DNA from: an uncultured Pelagibacteraceae bacterium
Lineage (GTDB): Bacteria; Pseudomonadota; Alphaproteobacteria; Pelagibacterales; Pelagibacteraceae
Direction: 5' to 3'
Length of the DNA: 64,000 bases
Assembly (NCBI GenBank): GCA_902580485.1
Contig: CACHKS010000001.1
Location: 16,959 to 80,958, forward strand
Part shown: positions 60,907 through 64,000 of the stretch, in pieces
Layout: the number at the start of each line of letters is the position of its first letter
Numbering within the stretch: the stretch's first letter is position 1
Notes under the pieces: model-generated
Database searches by the model: none
Seen by the model: the letters and a program-made list of their open reading frames with translations, nothing else
Told to the model about the DNA's origin: nothing
Made by a program: the position numbers and the translations under genes

Positions 60907-61107
60907 TTAATTTTTGTCTTTAATTTTTTTATAACTTTCTTTAACCTCTAAAGGTGAAAAGTAAGCCTCTTGTAACTCTACATTCCAGTAATTTAAATTT
61001 TCTAATGGGATTTCTTTTCCTGAAATAGCACAAACTACAAAGTTTCCCTCTTCAATAATATCAAATGAGTTATGTTTATATTGAAGTTTAGCTTTTTTTT
61101 TATTCAT
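60907..61107 (-). CDS. DUF2093 family protein
   Basis: G.FV.CAISG..IPL..L.YW.V..QEAY. Confidence 0.85.
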   Translation of the reverse strand: MNKKKAKLQYKHNSFDIIEEGNFVVCAISGKEIPLENLNYWNVELQEAYFSPLEVKESYKKIKDKN

Positions 61108-61137
61108 CTATAAATTATATATAATATATCTTTTCAT

Positions 61138-62418
61138 ATGAATATTGCTTTAATAGGTAGCGGGGGTAGAGAGCATGTTTTATGCCAAAAAATATATGAG
61201 TCAAAAGCTTCTAAAAACATACTATGTATTCCAGGAAATGCAGGTACTGCAAAAATTGCTAAAAATATAGATATAGATTTTCTAAATTTCAAAATATTAC
61301 TCAAGACCATTAAAAAACATAAAATAGATTTAGTGATTGTTGGCCCAGAAGAACCTTTGGTAAAAGGAATGGTTGATTTTTTAAATAAACATAAAGTTAA
61401 AGTTTTTGGGCCAAATAAATATGCCGCAAAATTAGAGGGTTCAAAAGCATTTATGAAATCTATTTGTAAAAAGTACAAGATCCCAACAGCCAAATTTAAA
61501 ACATGTAAAAATAAAAAAGATGTAATTAAATTTTTAAAAAAAACTCAATTTCCATTAGTCGTCAAAGCAGATGGTTTAGCCGCCGGTAAAGGAGTAACTA
61601 TCTGTAAAACAAAAAAAGAAATATTAAATGTTTCAAATGAGATATTTAAGGGTAAATTTAAAACATCTAAAAAACTAGTTCTTGAAGAATTTTTAAAAGG
61701 AGAAGAGGCTAGTTATTTTCTAATTGTAGACAAAAAAAGTTATAAATTTTTTGGATCAGCACAGGATCATAAACGTGTAGGCGAGAAGGAAAAAGGGCCT
61801 AATACTGGAGGGATGGGAGCATATTCTCCAGCTCCAATTATTAATAAAAATTTGGAAAAAAAGATTATTAATAAAATTGTAAAACCTACTTTACTGGCCT
61901 TAAAAAATAAAAAAAAACCATATACAGGATTTTTGTATGTTGGTTTAATGATAAAGAACAATGAGCCTTATCTAATAGAATATAATGTCAGAATGGGAGA
62001 TCCAGAATGCCAAGTAATCTTACCTAGATTAAATACAGATCTAATTAAAATTTTTAATGCAACTATAAATAATAAGCTTAATAAAATTAAAATAAATTGG
62101 AAAAGACTTAAATGCATGACTATTGTTTTGTGCTCTAAAGGATACCCAGGTAAAATTAAAAAGAATAAATTAATAAAAAATATTGATAAATTAAAACTTA
62201 TGAAAAATTCATTTGTTTTTCACGCAGGAACGAAATTTATAAATAATAAATTGGTCTCCAACGGCGGTAGAGTATTAAATATTACTTCTACTGGAAGTAT
62301 GTACAAAAAAATACGAACGAATATCTTTAAAATAATTAAAACAATTAATTGGAAGCATGGTTTTTATAGAAAAGATATCGGCTGGAGAGTGATTAAAAAA
62401 AATTATGCGAATAATTAG
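61138..62418 (+). CDS. purD: Phosphoribosylamine--glycine ligase
   Basis: GSGGREH, KADGLAAGKGV, QDHKR, NTGGMGAY. Confidence 0.97.
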   Translation: MNIALIGSGGREHVLCQKIYESKASKNILCIPGNAGTAKIAKNIDIDFLNFKILLKTIKKHKIDLVIVGPEEPLVKGMVDFLNKHKVKVFGPNKYAAKLEGSKAFMKSICKKYKIPTAKFKTCKNKKDVIKFLKKTQFPLVVKADGLAAGKGVTICKTKKEILNVSNEIFKGKFKTSKKLVLEEFLKGEEASYFLIVDKKSYKFFGSAQDHKRVGEKEKGPNTGGMGAYSPAPIINKNLEKKIINKIVKPTLLALKNKKKPYTGFLYVGLMIKNNEPYLIEYNVRMGDPECQVILPRLNTDLIKIFNATINNKLNKIKINWKRLKCMTIVLCSKGYPGKIKKNKLIKNIDKLKLMKNSFVFHAGTKFINNKLVSNGGRVLNITSTGSMYKKIRTNIFKIIKTINWKHGFYRKDIGWRVIKKNYANN

Positions 62419-62962
62419 TGGAAAACTAAAAGGAAAGACTCTATCTTTTTTAAAATCTACAACTACTAGACCTTTAAAAGACTCGGTAAAAGAAAGTATC
62501 TTTAATATTTTAAATCACTCAAATGTCTTGGACATAAACCTTAAAAATTCAAATATTTTAGATCTTTATTCTGGTATAGGTTCTTTCGGATTAGAATGTA
62601 TTTCGAGAGGAGTAGAAAAAATTACATTTGTAGAAAAAGATAAAAATGTTATTGAAATTTTAAAAAAAAATTTATTTAATCTTAATATAAATAAAAACGT
62701 TACTATCATAGTCGATGAAATAGAAAATTTTTTAAAAAAAGATTTTTTAGAAAAATTTGAAATAATTTTTCTTGATCCACCCTTTGCAAGTAATAATTAT
62801 CTTCAAGACCTAAAATTAATTAAACAAAAAAAAATTTATAATAAAAATCATATTGTGATAATTCATAGGGAAAAAAAATCTCCTGAAGATTTTAAAGACA
62901 TTTTAAATCCCATTATCATTAAACAATATGGTCGTTCAAAAATAATATTTGGAAAATTTTAA
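62405..62962 (+). CDS. rsmD: 16S rRNA m2G966 methyltransferase
   Basis: MRIISG, TRP, LDLYSG.G, DPPF. Confidence 0.93.
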   Translation: MRIISGKLKGKTLSFLKSTTTRPLKDSVKESIFNILNHSNVLDINLKNSNILDLYSGIGSFGLECISRGVEKITFVEKDKNVIEILKKNLFNLNINKNVTIIVDEIENFLKKDFLEKFEIIFLDPPFASNNYLQDLKLIKQKKIYNKNHIVIIHREKKSPEDFKDILNPIIIKQYGRSKIIFGKF

Positions 62963-64000
62963 GATAAAATTCTTTTCGTATTAATTTTTACTTCTTCTAC
63001 CGCTGGCTGATTAAATGGATCGATATTAATCAATTTTCCTACAATTGCTGTTTCTAATATAAAATATGAAAAGAGCTCTCCTAAAACTTTTTCAGTAAAA
63101 TCTCTGATTTTAAATTCTCTAAATGGAATTCTTTTCTTTTTTAATGATTTTAAAAAAGCATTTTTTTGTGCTAACTTAATTTGACTTAAGCTTTTATTAT
63201 TTAAGGAAACTAATTTTTTTTTGCTACCTATATCAGTGCTAAAAACATAAAAAAGTTTATCTTCAGGTCCATCTAAATAAAGCTGTAACAAGCTATGATG
63301 ATCTTTTGGCGCCGGAGATATTATTGGCAAAAAACCTTTTCCTTTCTTTCCTAGACTTTCAGCAATTAATTGTTGATTCCAATATAGGAATTGATTTAAT
63401 TGTGGAACATAATTAAAAAAAATTATAGTTTTCAATTTCTTTTTTTGTAAAATTTTAGCTAGTTTTGTTGAATTATCTTTTAGGTAAAATTTATTTTTAC
63501 CTCTAAAATGATTTAGTAATTTTTCTCTTAATTTAGAGATATTAACCCCCATCAAGTAAGCTGGAACTAAGCCTACTTCTGACAAGACAGAATATCTACC
63601 TCCAATATAACTTTTATGCTCAATATGAAAAAGTTTCATTTTCTTTGCCATTAAATAAAGAGGATTTTGTTTTTTTTCTGAAATTATAATTATATTTTTA
63701 CTTCCTTTTTTAATAATTTTAAGAGCTCTAATATTAGATAAGGTTTCAACCGTATTTCCTGATTTAGATATTATTATAAAAAGTATTTTATTTAGATTCT
63801 TTTTATTTTTAATCGCCTGTAATTCTTCTTCATCAATATTATTTAAAAATAAAAATTCCTTTTTTATTTTTCTTTTTAAAAAATGATAGATTGCCTCTGC
63901 TCCTAGTATTGAGCCTCCCATACCTATGATAACAACACTATTAAATCTTTTAAATTTGTCTAAATCTTTTAATTTACAATTTAATTCAAATTTATTACTT
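62959..64000 (-). CDS. pgi: Glucose-6-phosphate isomerase, 5' end beyond the window
   Basis: IGMGGS, SKSGNT, GGRYS, ESLGK, DHHS, FNQPAVE; frame open to the window edge. Confidence 0.88.
   Translation of the reverse strand, partial: SNKFELNCKLKDLDKFKRFNSVVIIGMGGSILGAEAIYHFLKRKIKKEFLFLNNIDEEELQAIKNKKNLNKILFIIISKSGNTVETLSNIRALKIIKKGSKNIIIISEKKQNPLYLMAKKMKLFHIEHKSYIGGRYSVLSEVGLVPAYLMGVNISKLREKLLNHFRGKNKFYLKDNSTKLAKILQKKKLKTIIFFNYVPQLNQFLYWNQQLIAESLGKKGKGFLPIISPAPKDHHSLLQLYLDGPEDKLFYVFSTDIGSKKKLVSLNNKSLSQIKLAQKNAFLKSLKKKRIPFREFKIRDFTEKVLGELFSYFILETAIVGKLINIDPFNQPAVEEVKINTKRILS

Noticed and set aside
5226-61961. Many 60-130 aa antisense or alternative-frame ORFs (e.g. 7184-7570, 15069-15440, 19974-20303, 45566-45793, 61134-61493)
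   Set aside because: They overlap well-conserved genes, carry no motifs and are expected shadows of codon bias.
7066-62962. Convergent gene pairs overlapping at their stops without terminators
   Set aside because: A general feature of streamlined AT-rich genomes, not a specific system.
1-64000. CRISPR arrays, IS elements, integrases, prophage genes, rRNA, riboswitches
   Set aside because: No repeat-spacer pattern or mobile-element motifs were seen, and the spacers are mostly too short for structured RNAs. This was checked by eye only; an Rfam scan would be decisive.

Overview
AT-rich, densely packed alphaproteobacterial core-genome segment. Gene content, near-zero intergenic spacing and the atpF-crtIBY-blh-ispH linkage point to Pelagibacterales (SAR11); this is inferred, not database-confirmed. 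The window holds about 65 mostly housekeeping genes: uvrB/uvrC, a MarR-OmpR-EnvZ set, petABC, tRNA-Gln with cca, a udg-rnhB-ccrM-mutY-dciA-smc DNA-maintenance block, F0 ATP synthase, retinal synthesis, lipid A genes, purD and pgi. No mobile element or CRISPR array was seen. Main observations: (1) the locus that normally carries the aa3 oxidase operon instead carries a CoxMNOP(Q)-type oxidase with split subunit III, SCO and two small unknown membrane ORFs, and no ctaG or surf1; (2) a 15-codon SURF1-like tail still overlaps the thrC start; (3) a RegA/RegR-like box is shared upstream of petA and oxidase subunit II; (4) the 814-aa SMC has no recognisable hinge; (5) a double-GANTC inverted repeat covers the putative ccrM promoter; (6) an orphan ORF starts with a sliding-clamp-binding-like motif; (7) ubiA is frameshifted at an A9 run.
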